In this document: positions 21,993-32,111 of the stretch, in pieces
Numbering within the stretch: the first letter of the stretch is position 1
Layout: every line of letters begins with the position of its first letter
From: an uncultured delta proteobacterium
Lineage (GTDB): Bacteria; Myxococcota; Myxococcia; Myxococcales; Anaeromyxobacteraceae
Direction of reading: 5' to 3'
Length of the DNA: 64,000 nt
NCBI GenBank assembly: GCA_963766715.1
Contig: CAVYBH010000008.1
Location: 384,001 to 448,000, forward strand
Translations under genes and position numbers: made by a program
Notes under the pieces: generated by a model
Told to the model about the DNA's origin: nothing
The model's input: the letters and a program-made list of their open reading frames with translations, nothing else
The model's database searches: none

Positions 21993-22812
21993 TCACCGCC
22001 ACGACGCCGCTCACCACCGGCACCAGCCACACGGCGTACGAGCCCGGGTCGCGGAGGGTCTCGATCTGGTCGTCGAAGCGGGCCGTCACCTCCGCCGGCG
22101 TCATCCCCACGTGCTCCGCGATGGTGTCGGCGTAGCCGTCCCGCCAGGCCAGCCAGATGCTCGCGAAGGTCTCCCGGGGAACCCGGATCGTGTCGACCGC
22201 CACGTAGTCGACGGTGATGGCGGCGAGGCCGAGCGCGGCGAGGATGGCCGGGGCGTGGCGTCCGATGAACATGTCGGTCCCGGTGGCGGCCCCGAAGCGC
22301 ATGGGCGCCTCCGGCCAGATCCGCATCGGGTCGAACTTCCGCCGAGGGAAGTGGATCATCCCGTAGTCCTCGGCGACGAGGTGCAGGCGCCCGCCCGGGC
22401 GCACGACCCGGACGAGCTCGGCGATGACCCGCTCGGCGTGCGGGATCGACTGGAGCACGTGCCGGCAGGCGACCAGGTCGAAGGAGGCCGCCGGGAGCCC
22501 CAGCTCGTAGATCGACCGGTGCTCGAAGCGGACGCGCTCGCCGAACCGGCGGGCCGTGCCGCGGGCCCGCTCGAGCGAGGCGTCGAGGATGTCCACGCCC
22601 AGCACGGTCGCGTCGGGGAAGGCGTCGGCGAGGCGCCAGGTGGCCTCCCCGGTCCCGCAGCCGGCGTCGAGGATCCGCGGCGCGGCAGGAATCGCGTACC
22701 GCCGCAGGAGGGGCAGTTCCTGGGGCCAGACCGCCTCGGCCTGGGCCGCGAGGTTGCGCACCATCGATTCGTCGGCCATGTGCCGGGCCTGCGGGTTCAG
22801 TTCGGCGCTCAT
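21993..22812 (-). CDS. Class I SAM-dependent methyltransferase; stop probably lost to a 1-nt insertion near 21998
   Basis: ILDAGCGTG motif I, FDLVACRHVL, RPGG. Confidence 0.82.
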
Positions 22813-22848
22813 GCCCCGGGTGATACAGAATTACCCGGCCCGCCGCCA

Positions 22849-23374
22849 ATGGAGCGCCCCTTGCCCACCGTCCTCGAGACCGACCGGTTGATCCTCCGCG
22901 AGTTCGAGGCGACCGACGCCGCCTTCCTGCTCCGCCTGCTGAACGAGCCCTCCTGGCTGCGCTTCATCGGCGACCGGGGCGTGCGCACGCTCGAGGACGC
23001 GCGGCGGCACGTCGAGACCGTCCACCGGTCGAGCTACGCCCGGAACGGCTTCGGGCTCTGCTGCGTCGTGCCGCGCGAGCACGGGCGCGCCCGCCGGGAT
23101 GTGCGGGCTCGTCCGGCGGGAGACGCTGCCCGAGGTGGACGTCGGCTTCGCCTTCCTGCCCGAGGCCTGGGGGCACGGCTACGCGAGCGAGGCGGCCGCC
23201 GCGGTGCTGGCCCACGCCCGCGACCGGCTCGGCCTGCGGCGCGTGCTGGCCATCACCTCGCCGGACAACCACCCCTCGATCCGGGTGCTGGAGCGCATCG
23301 GGATGCGGCGCGAGGGGGAGATCCGGCTCGCCGGCGAGACGCGCGACCTCCTGCTCTTCTCCCGCGATCTCTAG
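22849..23374 (+). CDS. GNAT (RimJ/RimL) N-acetyltransferase; frameshift near 23090
   Basis: LETDRLILRE, GMCGL, WGHGYASEAA, NHPSIRVLERIG. Confidence 0.85.
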
Positions 23375-24076
23375 GCGGTCCCGGCGTCCTCCCGGCCCCG
23401 CAGGCGCGCCACCACCTCGGCCAGGATCGACACCGCGATCTCCCCGGGCGAGATCGCGCCGATGGCGAAGCCCCACCGGACCGCGGATCCGGTCGACGTC
23501 CGCCTCGGAGAACCCGCCTTCGCGCAGCCGCTCCCGCCGCGCCGCGTGGGTCCTGCGGCTCCCCAGCGCGCCGACGTGGAAGCAGGGCGAGCGCAGGGCG
23601 GCCACCAGCGCCGGGTCGTCGATCTTCGAGTCGTGACTGAGCGTCACGAGCGCCGTCCGCCGGTCGAGGCCGACCCGGGCGAGCGCCTCCTCCGGCCAGC
23701 CGGGCTCCATCCGGACTCCCGGGAAGCGCGCCGCGCTCGCGAAGGCCCGGCGCGGGTCGACGAGCACGACGTCGAGCCCGGCCAGCTGGGCCATGGGAGC
23801 CAGCGCCTGCGCCACGTGCACGGCGCCGACGAGGACGAGGCGGACGGGCGGGGCGTACACCCGGAGGAAGACCTCGCCCCCCCCGGCCTCGACCGTGCGG
23901 GACTGGTCGCGCAGGACCGCCTCGCGCGCCTGGGTGAGGAGCAGCGGATCCCCGTCGTCGCCGGGCTCCCCGGGGCGGAGCACCCGCGCCTCGCCGGTGG
24001 CCAGCCAGGTGGCGAGCACGGCGGTGCGCCGCGCAGCGAGGTCCACGAGCAGCTCGTCCAGGATCTCCCGCCTCAT
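23371..24076 (-). CDS. xdhC: XdhC family protein, C-terminal Rossmann half; frameshift near 23465
   Basis: LVGAVHVAQAL, VDPRRAFA, SHDSKIDD, GALGSRRT, RIRGPVGL. Confidence 0.85.
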
Positions 24077-24393
24077 CCGATGCGCTCCACGTACACCTCG
24101 ATGCTGCCCCCGCAGGGAAGGCCGGCGCTCCAGGCCTGCTCGTCGGTGACCCCGTAGCGAAGCCGGCGGGGCCTGCCGTCCCGGATGGTCTCCTGCGCCT
24201 CCTGCACCACCGCCGACTCGACGCACCCGCCGGACACGGAGCCCGTGAAGGCGGCCGCCTCGCTGACCACCATCTGGCTGCCCGCCGGTCGCGGCGACGA
24301 GCCCCAGGTGCGGATCACGGTCGCGATCGCCACGCCCAGGCCCGCCTCCCGCCAGGCCACGGCCTGCTCCAGGAGCTTCCCGTCCTCGCTCAT
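24073..24393 (-). CDS. XdhC/CoxI family protein, N-terminal half
   Basis: ATVIRTWGSSPRPAGS, GSVSGGCVE, GLPCGG. Confidence 0.85.
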   Translation of the reverse strand: MSEDGKLLEQAVAWREAGLGVAIATVIRTWGSSPRPAGSQMVVSEAAAFTGSVSGGCVESAVVQEAQETIRDGRPRRLRYGVTDEQAWSAGLPCGGSIEVYVERIG

Positions 24394-24993
24394 GGCTCGC
24401 TCCTCCGCCCCGCGCCGGCGCGGGCGCGCTCGAGATCCTCCGGGACGTCCACGTCGGCGAGCGCCTCGGCGGGCCGATCGACCCAGGCGGCGTGCGCCCG
24501 GTTGCGGCGCACGACCTCGCGGCCGCGCCCCTCGCCCACCCCTCCCTGCAGCTCGGGGAGCAGCGCGCGGGCGTAGAGGGTGGGCGGGGCGGGGACGTCC
24601 CCGTACCGGCTCGCGACCAGGGGGGCGCCGGTCTCGCGCCACCGCGCCACCACCTCCCGGATCGACGCGGCGTCGACGAGGGGCATGTCGGCGAGGAGGA
24701 CCACCGCGGCCGGCGGCATCGGGCGGGACGGCCGCGGCGCCCGCCGAGAGCGAGGCGCTCTGTCCCCGGCTCCACTCCGGGCTCTCGACGAACCGGCAGG
24801 CGACTCCCTCGAGCGCCGCCCGGACCCGGTCGGCCTCGTGCCCCACGACCACGAGCAGCGGATCGAGCCCGGCCTCCAGGGCGCGACGGGCCGCCCGGCG
24901 CACCAGCGGCTCCCCGTCCAGGGCGAGGAGCAGCTTGTTCCGGCCCATCCGGGAGGCCGAGCCTGCGGCGAGGAGGATGCCGGCGACGGTCAT
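24390..24993 (-). CDS. mocA: Molybdenum cofactor cytidylyltransferase-like nucleotidyltransferase; frameshift near 24715
   Basis: LAAGSASRMGRNKLL, LADMP, DVDVPED. Confidence 0.8.
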
Positions 24994-25039
24994 GCGACGG
25001 GTTTATCCCGCCTCCCCCGGGTGGTGCTACCGTGTCGGC

Positions 25040-26081
25040 ATGAAGGCAGGCCTCGTCGGCTTCGCGCAGTCGGGCAAGACCACGCTCTTCAACGCCCTGA
25101 CCGGGCTCCACAAGGGCGGCGCCAGCGGGCGCGGTCACGTGAACCTCGGCGCCATCAAGGTTCCGGACCCCCGCATCGACGCCCTCTCGGCCCTCTTCCG
25201 GCCGAAGAAGACCACCTTCGCCGAGATGCAGTTCGTCGACGTCCCCGGCGGCACCGGGAAGGGCACCGGGCTCGACGCCGACTCGCTGCGCGCGCTGGCC
25301 GAGGTGGACGCCTTCTGCCTGGTGGTGCGCGGCTTCCCCGGGCTCGACGGGACCCCGGCCGATCCGGCCCGCGAGTTCGTCGACTTCGACTCGGAGCTGG
25401 TCCTGCACGACCTCGCCATCGTGGAGAAGCGGCTCGACCGGCTGCGCAAGGAGCACGGCAAGGGGACGGGCGAGTTCCACGAGCTCGAGCGCATCCACGG
25501 GCAGCTCGACCAGGGGCTGCCGCTTCGCACGATGAAGTGGAGCGAGGCCGAGGAGAAGGAGCTCGCCCACTTCGGCTTCCTGTCCCGGCGCCCCCTGCTC
25601 GTGGCGGTGAACGCCTCCGAGGACGCCGCCGCGGCGCCCCGCGCCGGCCGCGGTCGAGGAGGCGGCGCGTCAGCGAGGGGCCAGCGTGCTCTCGCTGTGC
25701 GCGTCGGTGGAGGCCGAGATCGCCGACCTCGACCCGGCCGAGCAGCCCGAGTTCCTGGCCTCGCTGGGGCTCACCGAGCCGGCCCGCGCCCGCTTCATCC
25801 GCGCCGCCTACCAGCTCCTCGACCTGATCTCCTTCTTCACCGTGGGCGAGGACGAGGTCCGCGCCTGGCCCATTCGCCGAGGGGACCGCGCCCCGCGCGC
25901 CGCCGGACGGATCCACTCCGACCTGGAGCGGGGGTTCATCCGCGCCGAGGTGGTGCACCACGACGACTTCATGGCGCTGGGCAGCGAGTCGAAGGCCCGC
26001 CAGGAGGGCAAGCTCCGGCTGGAGGGCAAGGAGTACGTGGTGAAGGACGGCGACATCCTCAACATCCGGTTCTCGGTCTGA
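25040..26081 (+). CDS. ychF: Redox-regulated ATPase YchF; frameshift near 25640
   Basis: GKTTLFNALT, VPDPR, FFTVGEDEVRAW, AAGRIHSDLERGFIRAE, EGKEYVVKDGD. Confidence 0.92.
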
Positions 26082-26085
26082 CCGG

Positions 26086-26649
26086 CTAGCCCCGGAGCGC
26101 CGCCCAGGCCGAGACCGCGCCGAAGACGAAGAAGATGCCGGCCGCGACGATCCGGATCCACCGCATCGACACCCGCTTGGCGAGCCTCTCGCCCAGGAAG
26201 ACCGCCAGGCCGTCGGAGGCGAGCATGCCGAGCGTCGTCCCCACGGTCACCCGCACGATCGACTGGTAGCGCGCCGCCAGCGCCACGGTGGCGAGCTGGG
26301 TCTTGTCGGCCATCTCGGCCAGGAAGAAGAGCACCGTGGTGGTGAGGAAGGGCCCGAGGCCGGACGGGCCCTTCGTCTCCTCGAGCGTGTCCGGCTTGAG
26401 CGTCCAGATCCCGAAGGCGATGAAGGTCGCCGCCAGGACGCCCGCCATCACCCGGGGCGGGACCTGGGCCGACACCCAGGTGCCGACGCTGGCCGCCAGC
26501 GCGTGGTTCAGGATCGTGGCCACCAGGATCCCGGCCATCACCACCCACGGGCGGCGGTAGCGGGACGCGAGCGAGAAGGCGAGGAGCTGGGTCTTGTCCC
26601 CCATCTCGCTCACCGCGACGAGGAGGAAGGAGCTGACGATCGGTTCCAT
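26086..26649 (-). CDS. TMEM165/GDT1 family (UPF0016) cation transporter
   Basis: Duplicated E-x-G/A-D-K-T-Q motifs (EMGDKTQL, EMADKTQL). Confidence 0.9.
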   Translation of the reverse strand: MEPIVSSFLLVAVSEMGDKTQLLAFSLASRYRRPWVVMAGILVATILNHALAASVGTWVSAQVPPRVMAGVLAATFIAFGIWTLKPDTLEETKGPSGLGPFLTTTVLFFLAEMADKTQLATVALAARYQSIVRVTVGTTLGMLASDGLAVFLGERLAKRVSMRWIRIVAAGIFFVFGAVSAWAALRG

Positions 26650-26677
26650 GGAAGGGCGGGCATTATGCTCCAAACCG

Positions 26678-27106
26678 ATGGCCCGCATCCTCCTCTTCGC
26701 CCTCGACGAGCTCCGCCGGCGCCACGCCGGCGCCGCCACGCCGGGCGTCGACCCGCGACACGACGTCGGGCCGTTCCGCGCGTTCCGCGGCGCGCTGCTC
26801 GCCGAGGCGGCCCGGGCGGCCACGGCGCCGGCCGTGCTCCGCATGTGGTGGGAGGGGAGCTTCGACGCCTATTCACTGGCCGTCTCCTGCGAGCCGGCCG
26901 ACGCGCTGGCCGCGCTCGATCCCTCCCCGGCCTGCCCGCTCGAGGAGGAGCGGGTCGCGCCGCCCCGCGCGGACGGGTATCCTCTGGCCCGGGTCGCGCC
27001 GGGGCGCGCCGAGGTGGCGCGCGACCCGGACGGCTCGACCTGCGAGGCTCCCTTCGGAGCCCCCACCGGCCACTTCGGCGCGCCCGGGGTGAGGAGGATC
27101 GGATGA
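26678..27106 (+). CDS. Hypothetical protein
   Basis: Open frame with a -10-like box 8 nt upstream; stop overlaps the next start (ATGA). Confidence 0.6.
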   Translation: MARILLFALDELRRRHAGAATPGVDPRHDVGPFRAFRGALLAEAARAATAPAVLRMWWEGSFDAYSLAVSCEPADALAALDPSPACPLEEERVAPPRADGYPLARVAPGRAEVARDPDGSTCEAPFGAPTGHFGAPGVRRIG

Positions 27107-28091
27107 AGGCTGTGGTGTTCGGCGGCAAGGGCGGTCCGGAGATGGCCCGGATCCAGGAGATCCCGGAACCGGTCGCCCAGCGGGGCGAGGTCCTGGTGCG
27201 GGTGCGCGCCGCGGCGCTCAACCGGGCCGACCTCCTGCAGCGTCGCGGCCTCTACCCGCCGCCGCCGGGCTACCGGGAGGACGTGCCGGGGCTCGAGTTC
27301 GCCGGCGAGGTGGCGGCGCTCGGCGAGGGCGTCACCGGCTGGAAGGTCGGGGACCGGGTCATGGCCATCGCTTCCGGCGAGGCCCAGGCCGAGCTTCGTG
27401 CTCGCCGACCCCTACATGCTGATGCGCATCCCCGACGGCATGTCGTTCCCGCTGGCCGCGGCCATCCCGGAGGCCGGGATCACCGCCCACGACGCCATGG
27501 TCACGCTGGGGGGAATGCGCTCCGGCTGGACCGTGCTCCTGCACGCCATCGGCTCGGGCGTGGCCACCATGGGGCTCCAGATCGCGAAGGCCATGGGCGG
27601 CGCCGTCATCGGGACGGCGCGCACCGCCGACAAGATCGAGAAGGCGAAGGGGCTCGGGCTCGACCACGGCATCCTCCTCGGCAAGGAGGATCCGAAGTTC
27701 GCCGACGAGGTGAAGCGGATCACCGGCCGCAAGGGCGTGCCGGTCGTCGTCGACTTCGTGGGCGCGCCCTACATGGCCGAGAACCTGGCGGTCGCTCTCG
27801 CCGCAGGGGCACGTCGTGGTGGTCGGCACCCTGGGCGGACCCAAGGCCACCGTCGACCTGGGCACGCTCATGCGCGCCCGCGGGCGGATCGTGGGCACGG
27901 TGCTGCGCCCGCGCCCGCTCTTCGAGAAGATCCAGGCCACCCAGGCCTTCGCCCGGGACGTGCTCCCGCTCATCGCCGCCGGCCGCGTGAAGCCGGTCCT
28001 CGATCGCGCCTGGCCGGCCGCGCAGGTGCACGAGGCCCACGAGCAGCTCGAGAAGAACGATTCCTTCGGCAAGGTGGTGCTGGAGTTCTGA
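27103..28091 (+). CDS. NAD(P)H-quinone oxidoreductase (PIG3/MDR family); frameshifts near 27395 and 27795
   Basis: AAALNRADLLQRRG, PGLEFAG, GTVLRPR, GKVVL. Confidence 0.88.
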
Positions 28092-28111
28092 GGCTCCCGC
28101 CCGCCCTGCGA

Positions 28112-29483
28112 TCACTTCCTCGGAGGCAGCGCCTTCACCCACTTCGCGATCGCGTCCACCACCTCGCCGGCCACGTTGGCGGTCTTCTGGTAGTCGGCCG
28201 GCAACGAGGGCCCCTCCCCGAAGACGAAGAGGTGGCTGGCCTTCGGGAAGGTCTGGAACTTCGCGTAGGGGGCGCCCTCGAGCGCCTTCTTCCAGCGGTC
28301 CAGGTCCTTTCCCGTCACCTGGTAGTCGCGTCCCCCCTGGAGGATCAGGATGGGGGTCGCGTTCCGGACCGCGGTCGCGCCCGGGTCGTAGGCGCGGAGG
28401 TCGAGCCAGTACTCCGGCGGGGCGCCCATGATCCGCTCCGCCGGCGGCGTCTTGGCGGGGTCGAGCGCGCGGATCTTCCTGGCGTCCTCGCGAAGCGGCG
28501 CCACGTCCTCCTCCCGCACCGCGCCGTTCGCCACCAGGTAGTCGAGCTGGTCGTCGATGAGGTCCTGGATCGGGCGGGTCGAGCCGGCCAGGGAGATGAC
28601 GCCCGCGAGCTTGCCGTCGGCGGCCGCGATGCGCGGCACGAGCGAGCCGCCCTGGCTGTGCCCGAGGACGACGATGCGACTGCGGGTCGACGCCCTTCGT
28701 GGACCGGAGCAGGTTCGCCGCCGCGACGGCGTCGTCGATGAACTCGTCCTTCACGGTCGCCGGCGCCGAGCCCACCTTGTCGCCATGGACCCGGGTGCGC
28801 TTGTCGTAGCGAAGGACGGCGATGCCCCGGGAGGCGAGCCCCCAGGCCAGGTCCCGGAAGACCTTCGTCCCACCGACCGTCTCGTCCCGGTCCTGGGGCC
28901 CCGACCCGTGCACGAGGACGACGGCGGGGAACGGTCCCTTGCCCACCGGCATGGAGAGCGTGCCCGGGAGGATCCAGGGCTCGGTCCCGAACTTCACGTC
29001 GGACTCCTTGAACTTCGACGGGTTCGCGTAGGGCGGGGCCCGGAACTCGGGTGCGGCGGCGGCGGGCGCCGAGCTCGCCGGCGTGAAGCGCAGCGAGGTG
29101 ATCTTCCCGTCGACGTCGAACGCGACCGTCAGGGTCCACTCGGCCTTCTCGAACTTCGCCGGCAGGATCGCGGCCTGCGTGGCGCCCGACGACCGGACGG
29201 TGGGGGCGCCGATCGACTGGAGCTTGCCGACCCGGCTCTCGATCCCGACCCACCCGTCGCGGAAGGCCTCGGGGGAGAGCAGGGACGCGAGCTGCGGGGC
29301 GAAGCGCGCCGAGATGCCGTCCAGGTTGCCGGCCTGGAACATCGCCGCCACCTCGGTCGCCCAGGGGCCGACCTTGGCCGCGGGAGCCTGCGCGTCGGTC
29401 GTGGCCGGGGCCGGGCTGGCCGGCGCCGCCTGCGGCACGGCGAGGGCGAGGGATGCGGCGAGTGCGGTGAGCGTGGCGATCAT
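28112..29483 (-). CDS. Secreted alpha/beta hydrolase with DUF3887-like N-terminal domain; frameshift near 28680
   Basis: VHGSGPQDRDE, LRYDKR, GHSQG nucleophile, QGGRDYQV, catalytic His in ASHLF. Confidence 0.85.
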
Positions 29484-29604
29484 GCCGTCTTTCCTCCGGG
29501 AAGGGGGGAACTGTCCGTCATCCGATCGCCTCGCGCAAGGATCGGAACGGGGCCTCTCCCCTCCCCTGGCGCCGCGGACCCAGATCGGGTTCAATCCGCG
29601 CGCC

Positions 29605-31323
29605 ATGGCCGACACCGCCGCGCCGACACCTCCCCGCGAGCTGAGCCTGCGGGCGCTCCTCACCGCCGTCGCGGTCGCCCTCATCATGGGCGCCGCCTAC
29701 CCGTACGTGGTGCTGAAGCTCGGGTACGGGCCGAACATCTCGGTGGTCAGCGCCTTCTTCGGCTACGTGATCCTGGCCCTGGTGGGGCTGGCCACGAGCG
29801 TGGCCTCGACCCGCTTCGAGGCCAACATGGCCCAGACCGCCGGCACCGCCGCCGGGCAGACGGGCTTCATGGTCATCGTGCTGGCGGCCATCGACATGCT
29901 GAACGAGCGGCCTGGCCTGGGGTTCTCGCTCCACCTCACCGGCTGGCAGATCTTCTGGTGGCTCACGCTCGGCGGCTTCGTCGGGGCCTTCCTCGCCGTG
30001 CCGCTGCGCCGCCACTACATCGACGAGGAGAACCTGACCTTCGCCGACGGGACGGCGGCGGGCGAGACGCTCGTCGTCCTCTACCAGGGGCGCAAGGAGG
30101 CAGCCGACCGGCTGAAGGCGCTCGGCGCCGGCACCGGCATCTCGGGCCTGCTCGCCTTCCTGCGCGACGGTCCCTGGAAGGCGTTCCCCGGCGAGCTGGC
30201 CTTCGGCGCGAACGGCCAGGCGCTGCGGCTCGGGACGGAGCTCGGCGTCCTCTCCTTCGGCGCCGGGATGCTCGTCGGGCTGCGGGTCACGCTCTCGATG
30301 TTGCTCGGGATGTTCCTCTCCTGGGTCATCGCCCCGGGGCCGCTCGTGGCCCGCGGGTGGGCCAAGGCGATGACCTTCTCCGAGGTGCTGAAGTGGGTGA
30401 TGTGGCCGGCCACGGGGCTCATGGTGGCGGGGGGCATCACCGCGCTCGTGCTCAACTGGAAGGTGATCGCCCGGACCTTCAAGGGGCTCTCGGCGAAGGA
30501 CGCCGAGGGCACCGAGTTCCCCATGCGCTGGACCATCGCCGGCGCGGTGGTCTCGTCGGTGGCGCTGGCCGTGGTGCAGAAGGTCTCCCTCGGCTTCCCC
30601 ATCTGGCTCTCGGTGGTCTCGCTGCTCCTCTCCTTCCCGCTCATGCTGGTGGGGATCCGGGTGCTGGGCGAGACCAACTGGGCGCCCATCAGCGCGCTCG
30701 CGAACCTCATGCAGGCCGTCTTCGCCGCGCTCTCCCCCGGCCACCTGCCGGTGAACATGATCGGGTCGGGGATGAGCGGGACGGTGGCCGGCCAGGGCGA
30801 GCACCTCATGCAGTGCTACCGGGCCGGCAAGATCATCGGCTCGAACAACCGGCAGCTGACCATCCTGCAGCTGATCGGGATCCCGGTGGGCGCCGCCTCG
30901 GTGGCGGTGGTCTACCCGGCCTTGCGGGCCAAGTACGGCTTCGGCGCGGACGGCCTCACCTCTCCCATCAGCGTGAAGTGGGCCGGGTTCGCCGAGCTGC
31001 TCTCCAAGGGCTTCGCCTTCCTGCCCGAGGGGTCGATGACCGCGCTCGCGATCGCGCTCGTCATCGGCACGCTCATCACCGTCTTCGAGGCGAAGCACCA
31101 CCGCTTCCTGCCCTCGCCCACCGCCGTGGGGCTGGGCATGCTCATCCCGGGCTTCGCGATCGTCCCCATGGTGGCCGGCGGCATCGTCCAGGCAATCTGG
31201 GTGCGGAGGAGCCCGAGGACGGAGGCGGTGTACAGCATGCCGCTCGCCTCTGGCTTCATCACCGGCGAGGCGCTCGTGGTCCTCGTCTTCTCGGTGCTGG
31301 CCATCTTCGGGATCCGGATCTGA
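29605..31323 (+). CDS. OPT/YSL family oligopeptide transporter
   Basis: YVVLKLG, NMAQTAG, PLRRHYI, FADGTA, GETNWAP, ASGFITGE; many TM segments. Confidence 0.85.
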   Translation: MADTAAPTPPRELSLRALLTAVAVALIMGAAYPYVVLKLGYGPNISVVSAFFGYVILALVGLATSVASTRFEANMAQTAGTAAGQTGFMVIVLAAIDMLNERPGLGFSLHLTGWQIFWWLTLGGFVGAFLAVPLRRHYIDEENLTFADGTAAGETLVVLYQGRKEAADRLKALGAGTGISGLLAFLRDGPWKAFPGELAFGANGQALRLGTELGVLSFGAGMLVGLRVTLSMLLGMFLSWVIAPGPLVARGWAKAMTFSEVLKWVMWPATGLMVAGGITALVLNWKVIARTFKGLSAKDAEGTEFPMRWTIAGAVVSSVALAVVQKVSLGFPIWLSVVSLLLSFPLMLVGIRVLGETNWAPISALANLMQAVFAALSPGHLPVNMIGSGMSGTVAGQGEHLMQCYRAGKIIGSNNRQLTILQLIGIPVGAASVAVVYPALRAKYGFGADGLTSPISVKWAGFAELLSKGFAFLPEGSMTALAIALVIGTLITVFEAKHHRFLPSPTAVGLGMLIPGFAIVPMVAGGIVQAIWVRRSPRTEAVYSMPLASGFITGEALVVLVFSVLAIFGIRI

Positions 31324-31649
31324 TGGCGTCGAGCTGGGAACAGGTCCGCCGGGAGCTGCAGCGCGCGCGCGGCGCGCGGCGCATGGTCCCGTGGGCGTTG
31401 CTCTCGGCCGTGCTCGGCTGGGCGTTCCTGGCCTACGCCGGCCGGAGCTGGCGCGCCGGCCTCCCGCTGCTCGCGGGCGGGCTCCTCTTCACCCTGGTCA
31501 TCCGGGTCCTGGCGGTCCCGCACTGCCCGTCCTGCGGGAAGAACCTGTGGCTGCGGGGCGAGCGGCCCGGGCCGCCCACCGCGCCGGTGCCGACGCAGGC
31601 GGAGCGGGACCGGAAGTGCCCGCGGTGCGGGGCCGGGCTGGGCGACTGA
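31323..31649 (+). CDS. Small membrane protein with zinc ribbon
   Basis: Two TM helices then CPSC...CPRC; coupled to the OPT stop (TGATG). Confidence 0.65.
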   Translation: MASSWEQVRRELQRARGARRMVPWALLSAVLGWAFLAYAGRSWRAGLPLLAGGLLFTLVIRVLAVPHCPSCGKNLWLRGERPGPPTAPVPTQAERDRKCPRCGAGLGD

Positions 31650-31692
31650 CGCGCGAGCGCGCGGACCGGACGGGTGCTAGATTCCCCCCGCC

Positions 31693-32067
31693 ATGTCGAC
31701 CAAGCCGTCCCGAAAGCTCGAGACCTTCCCCAACCCAAACCCCCGTCGCCCTTACGAGATCGCGATGGTGGCGCCCGAGTTCACCTGCCTCTGCCCCCTG
31801 ACGGGGCAGCCCGACTTCGCGACCATCCGGATCCGCTACGTGCCGGCCGCCCGATGCGTGGAGCTGAAGAGCCTGAAGCTCTACCTGTGGAGCTTCCGGA
31901 ACGAGGGGGCCTTCCACGAGCGGGTCACGAACGAGATCTGCGACGACCTGGTGCGGGCGCTCAAGCCTCGCTGGCTGGAGATCCAGGGGGACTTCATGGT
32001 ACGCGGCGGCATCGGGACGGTGATCACGGCCACCCACGGCCGGCGTCCCGTGGGCGCGGCACGCTAG
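31693..32067 (+). CDS. queF: preQ1 synthase (NADPH-dependent 7-cyano-7-deazaguanine reductase)
   Basis: [32 protein letters not shown]. Confidence 0.95.
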   Translation: MSTKPSRKLETFPNPNPRRPYEIAMVAPEFTCLCPLTGQPDFATIRIRYVPAARCVELKSLKLYLWSFRNEGAFHERVTNEICDDLVRALKPRWLEIQGDFMVRGGIGTVITATHGRRPVGAAR

Positions 32068-32111
32068 GGTCCCGCCCGGTCCCTCACCGGGAGTGGTAGA
32101 TTCGGCGGACC

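Noticed and set aside
19669..22812. 1047-aa methyltransferase-TPR fusion in the ORF track
   Set aside because: The middle is off-frame junk; it arises from indels near 21998 and 21170 joining two separate genes
31650..31692. preQ1 riboswitch upstream of queF
   Set aside because: Only 43 nt, GC-rich, no A-rich tail; the -10 box sits 9 nt from the ATG
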